IMG/VR virus record: IMGVR_UViG_3300005253_000005
Reading direction: 5' to 3' (one strand)
DNA: 20,000 nucleotides
Source of the DNA: an uncultured virus (IMG/VR IMGVR_UViG_3300005253_000005)
Lineage: Duplodnaviria > Heunggongvirae > Uroviricota > Caudoviricetes
Shown here: one piece after another, positions 1 through 9,409 of the stretch
Layout of the letters: each line of letters opens with the position of its first letter
Position numbering within the stretch: position 1 is the first letter of the stretch
Program-made: the position numbers and the translations under genes
The notes under the pieces: generated by a model
Database searches by the model: none
Seen by the model: the letters and a program-made list of their open reading frames with translations, nothing else
Told to the model about the DNA's origin: nothing

Positions 1-708
1 ATAGAGAGGGCGCAGCTCTTCTGGCGCATTACGAGTTTTAACCCATGATAACTTCAGTCTGTCTTTGATATCAGTTTCTTCAAGAAGAGCTAGCGTATCA
101 GCCCAAGATGCTATAATTGCGCCTCTGAAGTCCATTGAACCCATAGATATGATATCGCCTCTATATGTCATAAAAGGTTTACGAAGATGGTGGACTATAA
201 TCACAGCAACGCCGCACTCATTAATGAGTCTGTCCATTGTTTGAAACAGTTGAGCCATATCAGAAGGATCATTTTCTCGTCTAGCATGAATCTTATACAA
301 TGGATCGAAGATAACAATATCTATCTTATTCTGCAAGATAAATGATTTAAGTTTAACGATTAATACCTTATCTTCAAAAGTAAAACTTGTTGAACTCAGA
401 TGCCAAAACGTGTCGGACTTTTTATAGAAGGATATAATTTTCTCAAGTCTTATCTGGTAGCTGCGTGGGCCTATTTCCTCCTGAATATACAGAACACGCT
501 GAGGGACTTTACAGTCGAACTTGCCTAGTATTTTAACACCCATTGACAGCTCTTGTCCTATTTGTGTTACTATAACCGATTTTCCTATTCCTGGATGTCC
601 ACCTACACAGAGACGACTCTGCCTTGTTAGAATACCCGATGAAATTATATCATTATCAGGAAATGTCAGTTTCATAAACTGACTAGAAGTAAGAGGTTCA
701 AATTTCAA
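1..708 (-). CDS. AAA_25 / RepA-like (RecA-fold SF4) helicase, 3' end outside window
   Basis: Not in the ORF track; translated by hand from TTG at 708 (AGGAG 12 nt upstream; alternative ATG at 675): MKFEPLTSSQFMKLTFPDNDIISSGILTRQSRLCVGGHPGIGKS...RVLYIQEE...IDIVIFDPLYKIH...VAVIIVHHLRK...DFRGA...KTRNA. Contains Walker A, Walker B and the HH-x-RK motif. Frame is open to position 1. Confidence 0.85.
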   Translation of the reverse strand, partial: MKFEPLTSSQFMKLTFPDNDIISSGILTRQSRLCVGGHPGIGKSVIVTQIGQELSMGVKILGKFDCKVPQRVLYIQEEIGPRSYQIRLEKIISFYKKSDTFWHLSSTSFTFEDKVLIVKLKSFILQNKIDIVIFDPLYKIHARRENDPSDMAQLFQTMDRLINECGVAVIIVHHLRKPFMTYRGDIISMGSMDFRGAIIASWADTLALLEETDIKDRLKLSWVKTRNAPEELRPLY

Positions 709-754
709 TGTGGATGGAAGCTCCTAGCTCTTGACAGCTTACAAAGAGGGGGTG

Positions 755-783
755 TTTACAACTAAGCAGAAATATGATAACAT
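755..783 (+). promoter_or_regulatory. sigma70-like promoter for the plus-strand ORF
   Basis: TTTACA(755-760)-17 nt-TAACAT(778-783) with a TGn extension (775-777). Confidence 0.5.
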
Positions 784-802
784 ATATCTATGAGATTGTC
801 AA
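774..802 (-). promoter_or_regulatory. sigma70-like promoter for the helicase gene
   Basis: Minus strand TTGACA(802-797)-17 nt-TATCAT(779-774) with a TGn extended -10. Confidence 0.7.
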
Positions 803-839
803 GTGTTTTAGACACAAAACAGGGAGCAGAGGGAACAGT

Positions 840-1142
840 ATGAATGAAATTGAGAGAGGCAACCAGCGATTCGTCATTAACATGATGAGAGCTAGTTATA
901 ATCCTGACCAAGCTGCTCTTGATATGTTAGCAGATATAGAAACTTGGTTTCGTAAAGCACTACCTCATTATAAAAACTCATGGTCATTAAAGGCTAAAGC
1001 GCAAGGCATCAGAGGATACACAAAAGCCGTATATGCACTTGTTGAAGAGTTCTTCGCAGATTGCGAAGATCAAGGTATCACGATTCCTCGCTCTGGCCTG
1101 ATCGCTAAATCGGATATAGAACGTGCTATAGAAGGCCGTTAG
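840..1142 (+). CDS. hypothetical protein (~100 aa, helical)
   Basis: ORF track gives 774..1142, but that start lies inside the promoters. ATG at 840 follows a purine-rich SD-like stretch (GGGAGCAGAGGGA). Fills the gap between helicase and tail genes. Confidence 0.65.
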   Translation: MNEIERGNQRFVINMMRASYNPDQAALDMLADIETWFRKALPHYKNSWSLKAKAQGIRGYTKAVYALVEEFFADCEDQGITIPRSGLIAKSDIERAIEGR

Positions 1143-1150
1143 CTAGCTGT

Positions 1151-3466
1151 TTAAAGACCTAATGTTCCTCTAAATGCTCCACTACCAGTAATGGGTGTTC
1201 CACTTCCTGAAATATCAGCACCAGAAGATATCGCAGGGCCTGTAAGCAAGGAAGCTAACAGAGTATCTAATTTAGATGGCGGGAAGTCCAGAGTAAGTCT
1301 TAGCTGATTATTGAAAGCATCGTATTCCACTTCTTTAGCTACAAAGATTCTAAGTGTATCTAACGATCTTATTAAATCAGGACGTATTTGTGGTAGAGGT
1401 ATTAAGTCATGGAAGAAGATTACGTCGCCAGCTCTTACACGCCACAATGGTTCATTAACACCTACTGCATTAGCTATTGGCCCCGTAAGTGTTACTTCAG
1501 ACATTTGTGTAGGTAGTCGAGAATCTTCTGCGAATGCATTTCTGATCTTATCTGCTGTCTCAGACAATACACTACCTGCATCAATAATAGTATCTCTTTC
1601 ACTAAAAATAATCTCTTGCTCTGCAATGTTTTCTTTGACATCCGAGAAGGTGACAAGTCCATCAAACTGATTACGGAATCTAGTCCACACTCTAGTATAA
1701 TAGTTTTGGATTGAACGTTCTAACTCAATACCGCCTATATTCTGCTTCGAGATTCGCCACCTAACATTCTGCTCATCTCGTTTTTTGATATGTAATGTTC
1801 TTCGGCTAAACATGCCTGCAATAGCTGGATGTAATCTAAGCGTCGCAGTTTCTTCTGCAATGCCTGACCACATAGCTCCAGGGCTAGAACCATCTAAATA
1901 AACGACTTTACCAAAGAGAGGAGTTGGTGTAAGCTGTACTCTGTCCAGCCAAAAATCCCATATTCCCTGATCAAGGTCTTGTATAACTTGTAAATAAGCT
2001 TTAGCTGCATTAACTGGCGAAATTGCCTCAAAAGAGAACCGAGTGAATTTATTGAGAGCATCTGAACTATTAAAAGGAAATGCATCCGAGGAGATAATCG
2101 CATCAGCAGAAGTATACCAGTTTATTATTGCTTCCATTGTCTTCGATCCAGCATCTGCCTCAAAATCAAAAGCAAAAGTAAAAGCTCTATCAGCAATAAT
2201 ACCAGTAAGTCGTGCAGGCACAACTTTTTCTATTCTAACACCTGATTGAGCTGCGGCAATAGTAGTAATTTTAACAGAATTATCTCCACGAGTAGACTTC
2301 GTATTATCCTGTACTACAGTCTCTGAGCTCTTCGCAGCAAATCCTGCTATACTACCAGCTTTTTCACACCCAGGATTTTCTACAAGATTATATAATTCTG
2401 CTATACCGAAGCCGGTTAGTCTAGCAATAATATCTTGTAATGTCTCACCGTCAAAAACAGCAGGAAGTATTTCTAATTCAGAGTCTTCTATAAAAGTAAG
2501 ACTATCACTGATTTGTTTAGCATGAGTATCAACATTGATATCGCTATTCCCTTGTATCAGATCAGTTAATATCTTTCTCTGTTTAGTTTTCCTCGTTGTT
2601 GTAGCATCACGCTCTGACCATATTGTTATATTGCTAAAGACATATCTGACAAAATCATCTGCATGAGCCTCAGTAAAACCAATAGATAGAGTATCGACAC
2701 CAATAGCTACTGCTTCAGCAGATACTCCATCTGCTACAAGATTCTCTGTGAAAGTTCCCTGGTTAGTTAAAAATGTTGGAACTGCAAAGCGTTCTGTCCA
2801 TGTTCCCTTAGCATAATCAGCAGTCCATACTTTAGGTTGCAATTGTCCATCAGGAGTTACAACATCCCATGTAAACTGAATAGAGTGTATAGTCATAGGT
2901 TGAAACAATCTATCGTCTGACAAATTTGATACTCTAGGAAGTCGATAATATACTACAGCCTTATCACCAGGAATATATGCAGCACCAAAGCGAGTTCCCA
3001 TACTAAACAGCGCTTTACCTTTAAACATAATGAACTTCTGAATGTTACCAGCTCCAGATAGAGAAATCTCATTAGAAATAGCTCCAGCACCTTTAGCAGG
3101 AATAAGCCACGTCTCCATATTGTTATCAGCCCACCATGAGTAAAGCTTCTGATCAGCTAAGTTACTCCAATATCCTTCACAGTCTACATCTACACCTTCG
3201 TCAGTAAGCCTAACTACTACTATTCGACCTTCCCAAACAGGTAAATCAGCCTCAAAGACTTCTATACCAAAGAATGAAAATCTTTCATACCATTCTAAAG
3301 ACTTACTACGGGAAAGAACTAGAGACATGGTTAATGCCATATATCCACCAGGAAGACTTGACGAGAAACGAAGCTTAGAAATTCTATTAGTGAGATCTTC
3401 TAAGACTTTAGTGATCTTGTCACTTCTGTCAGCTCTGGCGGTTAAACAAACATTGATGTTAGACAT
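1151..3466 (-). CDS. tail tip / baseplate hub (Tal-like) protein with inserted carbohydrate-binding module
   Basis: 771 aa, directly after Dit. N-terminal hub-like motif (VWEGRI...VDCEGY), internal NLVENPGCE...FWLDRVQL CBM-like segment, C-terminal VRAGD...EVEYD...L.L hub motif. Confidence 0.7.
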   Translation of the reverse strand: MSNINVCLTARADRSDKITKVLEDLTNRISKLRFSSSLPGGYMALTMSLVLSRSKSLEWYERFSFFGIEVFEADLPVWEGRIVVVRLTDEGVDVDCEGYWSNLADQKLYSWWADNNMETWLIPAKGAGAISNEISLSGAGNIQKFIMFKGKALFSMGTRFGAAYIPGDKAVVYYRLPRVSNLSDDRLFQPMTIHSIQFTWDVVTPDGQLQPKVWTADYAKGTWTERFAVPTFLTNQGTFTENLVADGVSAEAVAIGVDTLSIGFTEAHADDFVRYVFSNITIWSERDATTTRKTKQRKILTDLIQGNSDINVDTHAKQISDSLTFIEDSELEILPAVFDGETLQDIIARLTGFGIAELYNLVENPGCEKAGSIAGFAAKSSETVVQDNTKSTRGDNSVKITTIAAAQSGVRIEKVVPARLTGIIADRAFTFAFDFEADAGSKTMEAIINWYTSADAIISSDAFPFNSSDALNKFTRFSFEAISPVNAAKAYLQVIQDLDQGIWDFWLDRVQLTPTPLFGKVVYLDGSSPGAMWSGIAEETATLRLHPAIAGMFSRRTLHIKKRDEQNVRWRISKQNIGGIELERSIQNYYTRVWTRFRNQFDGLVTFSDVKENIAEQEIIFSERDTIIDAGSVLSETADKIRNAFAEDSRLPTQMSEVTLTGPIANAVGVNEPLWRVRAGDVIFFHDLIPLPQIRPDLIRSLDTLRIFVAKEVEYDAFNNQLRLTLDFPPSKLDTLLASLLTGPAISSGADISGSGTPITGSGAFRGTLGL

Positions 3467-6206
3467 ATAAGAATCTTGGAGTATATTCTAACCATAGTTC
3501 TGCTGTGTGAGTTTCAACAAACTTGCCAAAGGGATCGTCGTTGGCTGCACCCCATTCGGAAAAAACAGCTGCAATCATTCCAGGTGACTCTGGCTGAATC
3601 CTAAAGCCTAGACCCATTGCCGCAACGTCTGGCGATGCTAATTCAGTCAATGTCTTAGTAAATGCACTATCGGGTGTGACAACCTCTCTACTAAAATAGA
3701 TGGATGATATAGCTTCTTCATCCATAGTATCTATAGTTAAAATCTCGTTCTCTTGTAGACCAAATGCTGGAAGACTGTTTGACGGTTGAAGTATTGCACT
3801 TCCATGATCAATAGGTAATGCAATCAGGATATTATACAGTAGATTACTTATCGCAGCATCTGCTATGTTAACTATTTCTAGTCCAGGGGTTAATTCAGCG
3901 TCTCCCGAAAGTCTAGATGCAGAAGTTACATCACCATCACGGAATCTTTGTAAGGCTGTTTCTGGAGGCCATGTAAGTATACCTCCGTCAACTAAATGAA
4001 AAACATCACTTTGTGTAACTGTTCCTTTTTGGGGAGCACTTATCAATGGAACAGTTGAGCCGGTTATACCACCAAATCGCAACTGACACATTGAGATAAG
4101 ATCAAGATTGCTTTCAGCTCCAATATACAACCGATGGCTTCCGTACTGATCCGAGGGGAACGGAAAAAGGCTAGACAATACAGCATGAAACCGTCGCTTG
4201 AGAGTGACTGCTGCATCACTTCTAATCTGCTCATCAGCAGCCGGATAAGCTCCATCATCAGGATCAATAATAAAGGATGACGCATTCCAGATCATTTGTT
4301 GTTTCCAGGGTTCTACCCCAAATCTTGCTCCAAGTCTAATAGGAGCGAGCTGCTTACCTGAACTTGTATTTTTAAAGCTGACCCTACATGTAGCAGGAAC
4401 GTCTCCTGGAAAGTCCTGAAGGGCGACAAAGTTAACTTTTGTACTATTGGGTTTAACTACAATCTGATGCGATCCTATAAACGGGCGTGTTATTAATTCT
4501 ACAGGAATATCACCTCCTGGATCTTGCGATCCAAACGGTAAACCAGGAAGCACCTGTATACCATCCATATCTACGTTTCCAAATCCACCCTGAGTCCACT
4601 TGAGTCTCAGTCTAAACGCTGTAATAGTAACAATGCTGGTAGTCCACTTATAAAGCTGCCAGTCTGTGGTTAGTCCTGCAAGTTCTTTCGTTGTAGCTCC
4701 ACCACCGTTAACTTCACGTTCTATTTCTATTGCTCCGCTAGCGAGATTCTGACGCGCCCAAAAGAGTATAGTCATCCCGTCAACAGAAGGAGATATAGTT
4801 AAGTCCTGTTCGATATACATGTTAGCATCGCCACCACCAGTTTCCTTAAAACGACACGAAAAAAGGCCGTATTTAGGCGTACTCTCTGACTCAAGACCAC
4901 TATCTGATGAACTGGCAAATGAAGAGCCCTGAGTCCAACCACTAGGCTTAAATACGAAAGGAGAACGAGTAGGAGATCCTATTACTGTTAAATCACGACT
5001 ATTCCCACTGACATCTAAAATGTCTCCAGCGCCAGATTCTTGTATCCAAACAGCACCAAAGTCAGCAGCCTCTAGCCCCCAATATTTTACATCCATAATT
5101 CCAGTATCATCTATGAGGCCCTGAAGACCATAATGATACATATAGATTATTTGATAAGGAAGAATGGGTCTTCCGCCTGCTATGACAAAAATACCGCCCA
5201 CTTTACCATCAAAGTCATTACCACCTGCTGCGTCACTGGCACCAACAACAAAATCCCCTACTGCAGTTTTGAAAGTGAAATCTGATGTTCTTTTACTACC
5301 AGCAACAACTGAATCATTAACTCCAAGCACAATCCATTGTGCTCCACGATACATAAATACAGAAAACCAGACGAAACTCCATGTGTCATTAGGAACCACG
5401 TCATCATCACTGGTTAAAGTAGTAATACTACCCACAGAATTAATTTGTCTAAGCGCCACAGAATTATTATCTTCGAATCTTAACTGCCATGACTCAGTAG
5501 TATCGCCACACACCATCATAGTATCAAATAATGTAGGAGTAACATCTGGATTAACCCAAATTCCTGCTGACATAATACCTTCTGCAGCAGTAGGAAATAA
5601 TCCTGTAGGAGATGTTCTATGCAGTCTCTGAGTAGAACCATTAAGATCTATTTCAAGACCGAAATCTCTGCCAGCTTCTCCTGGGTTCCAATCAAAGCTA
5701 GGATTAACTAAGAAGTTACGCATAATGACAGGAGTGCCGCGAGCAAATGGTTCACACAGAAGAGTAAGCTCGCAGTCCATCAACAATGATGGTTCTCGTT
5801 TAACAACTACAGATGCAAACTGTCCAGGTTTAAATTCGCCATCCATAACATCGAACGTAACGGTATCAGTAGCGTTTTCAAACTTATATTGAAGCTCAAC
5901 CTTGTTACCGAATCCTGCTTTAGATTGCTCCTTAGCTTTATCAATCAACTTCTGAATAGCTCTAAGATCAGACACTAGAGCATCATGATCAACTGCAGTT
6001 ATCTTAAATATAATAGTAATCTCTCTAAGACCATATTGACGCTCAGAGAGACGCTGGCCTTCAACAAGCGGTGATAGCTCACTAACGACACGATTGACTT
6101 CAGGCAAAGCGATATCTAATCCTTTGTCTAAGAGTACATAATCCGAAGAGCCACTTATGAAGTCTATCGTTGTAACACCGTCTGTAAACTGAAGTATGTC
6201 TGCCAT
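3459..6206 (-). CDS. evolved distal tail protein (Dit) with CBM-like and LamG/concanavalin A-like insertions
   Basis: 915 aa, directly after tape measure. Dit-like N-terminus (EGQRLSERQYGLREITI...LTLLCEPFARG), LamG signatures (SAGIWVNP, TWSFV, FDGKVGGI, DVSGN), C-terminal Dit-like YTPRFL. Confidence 0.75.
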   Translation of the reverse strand: MADILQFTDGVTTIDFISGSSDYVLLDKGLDIALPEVNRVVSELSPLVEGQRLSERQYGLREITIIFKITAVDHDALVSDLRAIQKLIDKAKEQSKAGFGNKVELQYKFENATDTVTFDVMDGEFKPGQFASVVVKREPSLLMDCELTLLCEPFARGTPVIMRNFLVNPSFDWNPGEAGRDFGLEIDLNGSTQRLHRTSPTGLFPTAAEGIMSAGIWVNPDVTPTLFDTMMVCGDTTESWQLRFEDNNSVALRQINSVGSITTLTSDDDVVPNDTWSFVWFSVFMYRGAQWIVLGVNDSVVAGSKRTSDFTFKTAVGDFVVGASDAAGGNDFDGKVGGIFVIAGGRPILPYQIIYMYHYGLQGLIDDTGIMDVKYWGLEAADFGAVWIQESGAGDILDVSGNSRDLTVIGSPTRSPFVFKPSGWTQGSSFASSSDSGLESESTPKYGLFSCRFKETGGGDANMYIEQDLTISPSVDGMTILFWARQNLASGAIEIEREVNGGGATTKELAGLTTDWQLYKWTTSIVTITAFRLRLKWTQGGFGNVDMDGIQVLPGLPFGSQDPGGDIPVELITRPFIGSHQIVVKPNSTKVNFVALQDFPGDVPATCRVSFKNTSSGKQLAPIRLGARFGVEPWKQQMIWNASSFIIDPDDGAYPAADEQIRSDAAVTLKRRFHAVLSSLFPFPSDQYGSHRLYIGAESNLDLISMCQLRFGGITGSTVPLISAPQKGTVTQSDVFHLVDGGILTWPPETALQRFRDGDVTSASRLSGDAELTPGLEIVNIADAAISNLLYNILIALPIDHGSAILQPSNSLPAFGLQENEILTIDTMDEEAISSIYFSREVVTPDSAFTKTLTELASPDVAAMGLGFRIQPESPGMIAAVFSEWGAANDDPFGKFVETHTAELWLEYTPRFLYV

Positions 6207-6209
6207 TAC

Positions 6210-8840
6210 CTACCTGCCTATGATGAATCTACGAGATCGTGATGTAAGCCTTACCTGATTTCCTGTTTGTTTACTAAGCGCACGTTCTAGTTTAGCTATA
6301 TCAGACGGCTTATTAACATAGAAATTCTCTATCTGGAATATAATAGACCTTGAAGAATCTGGAGATGGCAGAGCTCTCTGTCGCCGTTGTCCAGGAGTTA
6401 GAACTTCCTCTTCGCCGTGAACTACAGCCAACTGAGGTTTACCTCTTGGCCCTGGCACTACTCCACCAAACTGGAATCCTAATCCGAGTGAACTAAGGAA
6501 TTCACTATCAGCATTTGGAAAGATCGAAAGTATAAAGGCTCTCTGGAATGCCTTTCTTTGTGCAAGAAGTTGATCTAACGATCCACCAGTAAATGGAATA
6601 ACAATCTGCGCCATAGTTTGAAGCAGTGGAATTATAGAATCTCTAAGAAATTGAGCTGTGTTAATTCTTTCGCGCTGTTGTTCTTCAAGGACATCTAAGA
6701 TGTCTAGCTCAGCTTCACGAGCGTCTCGTGCAGCATCAATTTGTGTATCTCTAACTCGGTTTATTTCCTCTATCTGTGCATCTGCAGAACGCCTAGCTTC
6801 CTTAATATCGTCATTAGCACGCTTTGTAGCTGCACGCGATGACGCTCTCACGGCATCATTTATAGCAACTATCTTATTTTCTGTTACTCTCTGAGCTTGT
6901 CTTATTTCTGTATCAGCGGCCCTGCGAGCCTGTTTTTCTCGCTCTTTAGTTTCATCCTTGGCTGCATCTATAGCTTTATCTCTAACATCCTTTATAGCAT
7001 TAATAACATCTTCAAGAGACTTTATCAGACCCTGAAGTCCTTCTCGCTCCTTTTCTTGAGCACTCATAGTCTTATTAATAGCCCGCTCTTGTTCTTCTAA
7101 TCCTGCGAGACGCGCTCTAATAATAGTTTTCTCTTCAGTGGCCGAGACACCCTGTTGAGCTGCAGCAGCTTCAAGCTCAGCGAGTTCTGCTTCAGCGCCA
7201 AGGATAGCTGCTCGTATAGATGCACGTTCACTCTCAAGATCGCTGAGAATAGAAGTAAGTTTACGATCTTGAGCTTCTAGTATGTCTATCTTTTCCTTGT
7301 TAGCATCTATTTCTGCTGCAGCATTATCACGAATAGCGTCTAGCTGATCGTCTAAGCGATCCCGTATAAGACTTATTCTTTCATCAAAAGCATCTTGAAT
7401 ACCCCTGGTTTGCTCTCCAAGAGCATCCCGAAGAACCTGCGTTTGAGCACGCTGCCCATCACGAATAGCGTCTAGCTCAGCCTGGAGTGCTTCACGTCTA
7501 GCCGTAATTTGATTATCAAGATCAGTTCTGACTATATCACTCAAGAAGTCATTTAAGCTCTTCGCATTAGCTGATACAAGATCAAACTGTTCATCTAGCT
7601 GCTTTTTAGTTTCTTCAAGAGGAGCTAATGCAAGTTCCAACTCTTCTTGATCTCTAAACTGTTGCTGGAACTCATCTATCTTTTCTTTAGCAACATCATT
7701 GATTGCACTAAGGATAGCATCTAGATTAGTACGAGCTTCCGAGAGTCTACTTGCAGTATTCTCAATAGCTTCAGGAACTAAAGCAAGTCTTGGAGAGATT
7801 CCTTGTTGTAGGGTTTCTTCTATTGTTCTTTGAGTTACCCCTTCTCTCTGAAAACGCTGACTCGCCACTGTAAGATCTTTTAGAAGTTGTTCTATCTCTC
7901 TAAATTTATCAATTTGAGGCTGAAGTCCTATAACGAGACTGTCACCTCCCTGAACTAATCTTACGACCTCTTCAGCATATAAAGCAGTTTCGCCTTTAGC
8001 TTCAGCTATTGCATTAGTAAACCTTGTTACTTGTTCTGATACTCGCTCAATAACACTAGCACCTTTCTGAAAAGATGCTATTATTTTATCAAGAACAAGA
8101 GAAGTAAGAGCTGCACCAAGAGCTACAGAGACAGTAGTAAGATTAAGAAACTTCGTACCAGTGAACAGAATAGCAAAACCCAGACCGAACATGGCCTGAG
8201 ACAGTCTACCTGCTGCTAATTGTGATATAGAGAAACTAAGAAGTAGTCCTTGACCCGCCTTCTGAGACTGAGATAGCGGCTTATTAAAACGCTGTTCAGC
8301 AGCATTACCAGCCTCAATGAACTGCAGCCTAAGAATACCTAACTCGTTACCGAGGGCTCTAACGCCAGCTTTTCCGGCTTCAGTCCGAGGCTGTATTTTC
8401 GCTAATTGATTAGACAGTACATCAAATGTCGCTATTGTAGCCTGTCCTGTAACACCAATAGCTACCATCCGCTGAGACAGCTGCGAGAACTTATTCGCTG
8501 TCTCTTCAGAAATAGCATTACCGGCCTGAGCCTGCTTAGTGTAAGTTTGAAATGTCTTACCGGCGGTCAGTAAGGCAGAATTAACACCCTGAACACTGCC
8601 AATAAACCTGGGACTAAATCCTTTAGAAAGGATTTCGCTGAGTGCTCCCTGAGTTTGCCTTGTTGCCTCAGCAGACGCTATCGTTTCTTTTGTATACTGA
8701 CCTAGAACATTTCGTGCCCTGCCAGTTACTTGTGATAACGCCTGCAGCTTTGCAGATGTCTGTTCTATGGCTTGCAGTTTAGCTATCGTCTCTATGACGA
8801 TATTTAACTGAAGACTATCAGCTCCGCTATCTTGAACCAT
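6210..8840 (-). CDS. tape measure protein
   Basis: 876 aa, Ala/Gln/Glu-rich helical, hydrophobic segments around aa 195-250, long coiled coil, C-terminal FQFGGVVPG...AVVHGEEEVLT motif typical of TMPs. Lies after the chaperones. Confidence 0.9.
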   Translation of the reverse strand: MVQDSGADSLQLNIVIETIAKLQAIEQTSAKLQALSQVTGRARNVLGQYTKETIASAEATRQTQGALSEILSKGFSPRFIGSVQGVNSALLTAGKTFQTYTKQAQAGNAISEETANKFSQLSQRMVAIGVTGQATIATFDVLSNQLAKIQPRTEAGKAGVRALGNELGILRLQFIEAGNAAEQRFNKPLSQSQKAGQGLLLSFSISQLAAGRLSQAMFGLGFAILFTGTKFLNLTTVSVALGAALTSLVLDKIIASFQKGASVIERVSEQVTRFTNAIAEAKGETALYAEEVVRLVQGGDSLVIGLQPQIDKFREIEQLLKDLTVASQRFQREGVTQRTIEETLQQGISPRLALVPEAIENTASRLSEARTNLDAILSAINDVAKEKIDEFQQQFRDQEELELALAPLEETKKQLDEQFDLVSANAKSLNDFLSDIVRTDLDNQITARREALQAELDAIRDGQRAQTQVLRDALGEQTRGIQDAFDERISLIRDRLDDQLDAIRDNAAAEIDANKEKIDILEAQDRKLTSILSDLESERASIRAAILGAEAELAELEAAAAQQGVSATEEKTIIRARLAGLEEQERAINKTMSAQEKEREGLQGLIKSLEDVINAIKDVRDKAIDAAKDETKEREKQARRAADTEIRQAQRVTENKIVAINDAVRASSRAATKRANDDIKEARRSADAQIEEINRVRDTQIDAARDAREAELDILDVLEEQQRERINTAQFLRDSIIPLLQTMAQIVIPFTGGSLDQLLAQRKAFQRAFILSIFPNADSEFLSSLGLGFQFGGVVPGPRGKPQLAVVHGEEEVLTPGQRRQRALPSPDSSRSIIFQIENFYVNKPSDIAKLERALSKQTGNQVRLTSRSRRFIIGR

Positions 8841-8849
8841 AATGGTATT

Positions 8850-9376
8850 CTAACGTGGCTTTCCCCAAGCTACACCCTGACTAAAAGACTCGTCAGGCAT
8901 AGCCTTTACATCATCAAGAGCAGCCTGATCAGCCTGTTCAGAAGCTACTCGGATGTAACTTCTGTAGTATCCGGAGGGGAGTTTGAGGAGAGTTCCGAGA
9001 TCGATGACAATTCTTGGAAGATTGATGAGTTCTCTCGTAAAAAATCAGCCACTCCCTTAGCTTCATCAGTATCCATCCTGCCTGCTAAGAGAGTTAAAGA
9101 CTGATAAATAGAGCGAGGCAGAGCAAGAATCTCTTTATCTGTCATCTTAGGATTTACTAATCTATGGAAGAGATTCCAGAGATCAAACTCTATTGGGTCA
9201 ACTCTCACAGATCCCGTCTGGCTTCCATCCTCTGCCAACATAGGCTTTATGGACTTCTTACGCAAGTCCATAAATTGTCCACCTGTTATCTCACGGGATA
9301 ATTCATAAACTGCGCCATCAATAGTGGCAACCATAACATCATCACGATGTTCTACACTAACTTTCATGTCTGTCAA
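8850..9376 (-). CDS. tail assembly chaperone gpGT-like -1 frameshift product (~175 aa)
   Basis: In-phase T TTT TTA at 9044-9038. The -1 frame is open for 62 codons (TRELINLPRIVIDLGTLLKLPSGYYRSY...WGKPR) to TAG at 8852-8850, just before the TMP start. Confidence 0.8.
8945..9376 (-). CDS. tail assembly chaperone (gpG-like)
   Basis: 143 aa between tail tube and TMP; TTG start with GAGGAGG SD; contains a slippery heptamer. Confidence 0.8.
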   Translation of the reverse strand: MTDMKVSVEHRDDVMVATIDGAVYELSREITGGQFMDLRKKSIKPMLAEDGSQTGSVRVDPIEFDLWNLFHRLVNPKMTDKEILALPRSIYQSLTLLAGRMDTDEAKGVADFLRENSSIFQELSSISELSSNSPPDTTEVTSE

Positions 9377-9409
9377 ACCTCCTCTTAGTTTAAGAGGTAT
9401 CCTAATGGT

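Noticed and set aside
731..736. Perfect TTGACA on the plus strand
   Set aside because: No acceptable -10 at 16-18 nt spacing (GTTTAC at 17).
1085..1139. SGLIAKSDIERAI resembles the end of an E3-binding (peripheral subunit-binding) domain
   Set aside because: Match too short, and the upstream helix motif is missing.
7320..7480. Short repeat ATCACGAATAGCGTCTAGCT twice within the tape measure gene
   Set aside because: Encodes LDAIRD in the ordinary internal repeats of a TMP coiled coil.
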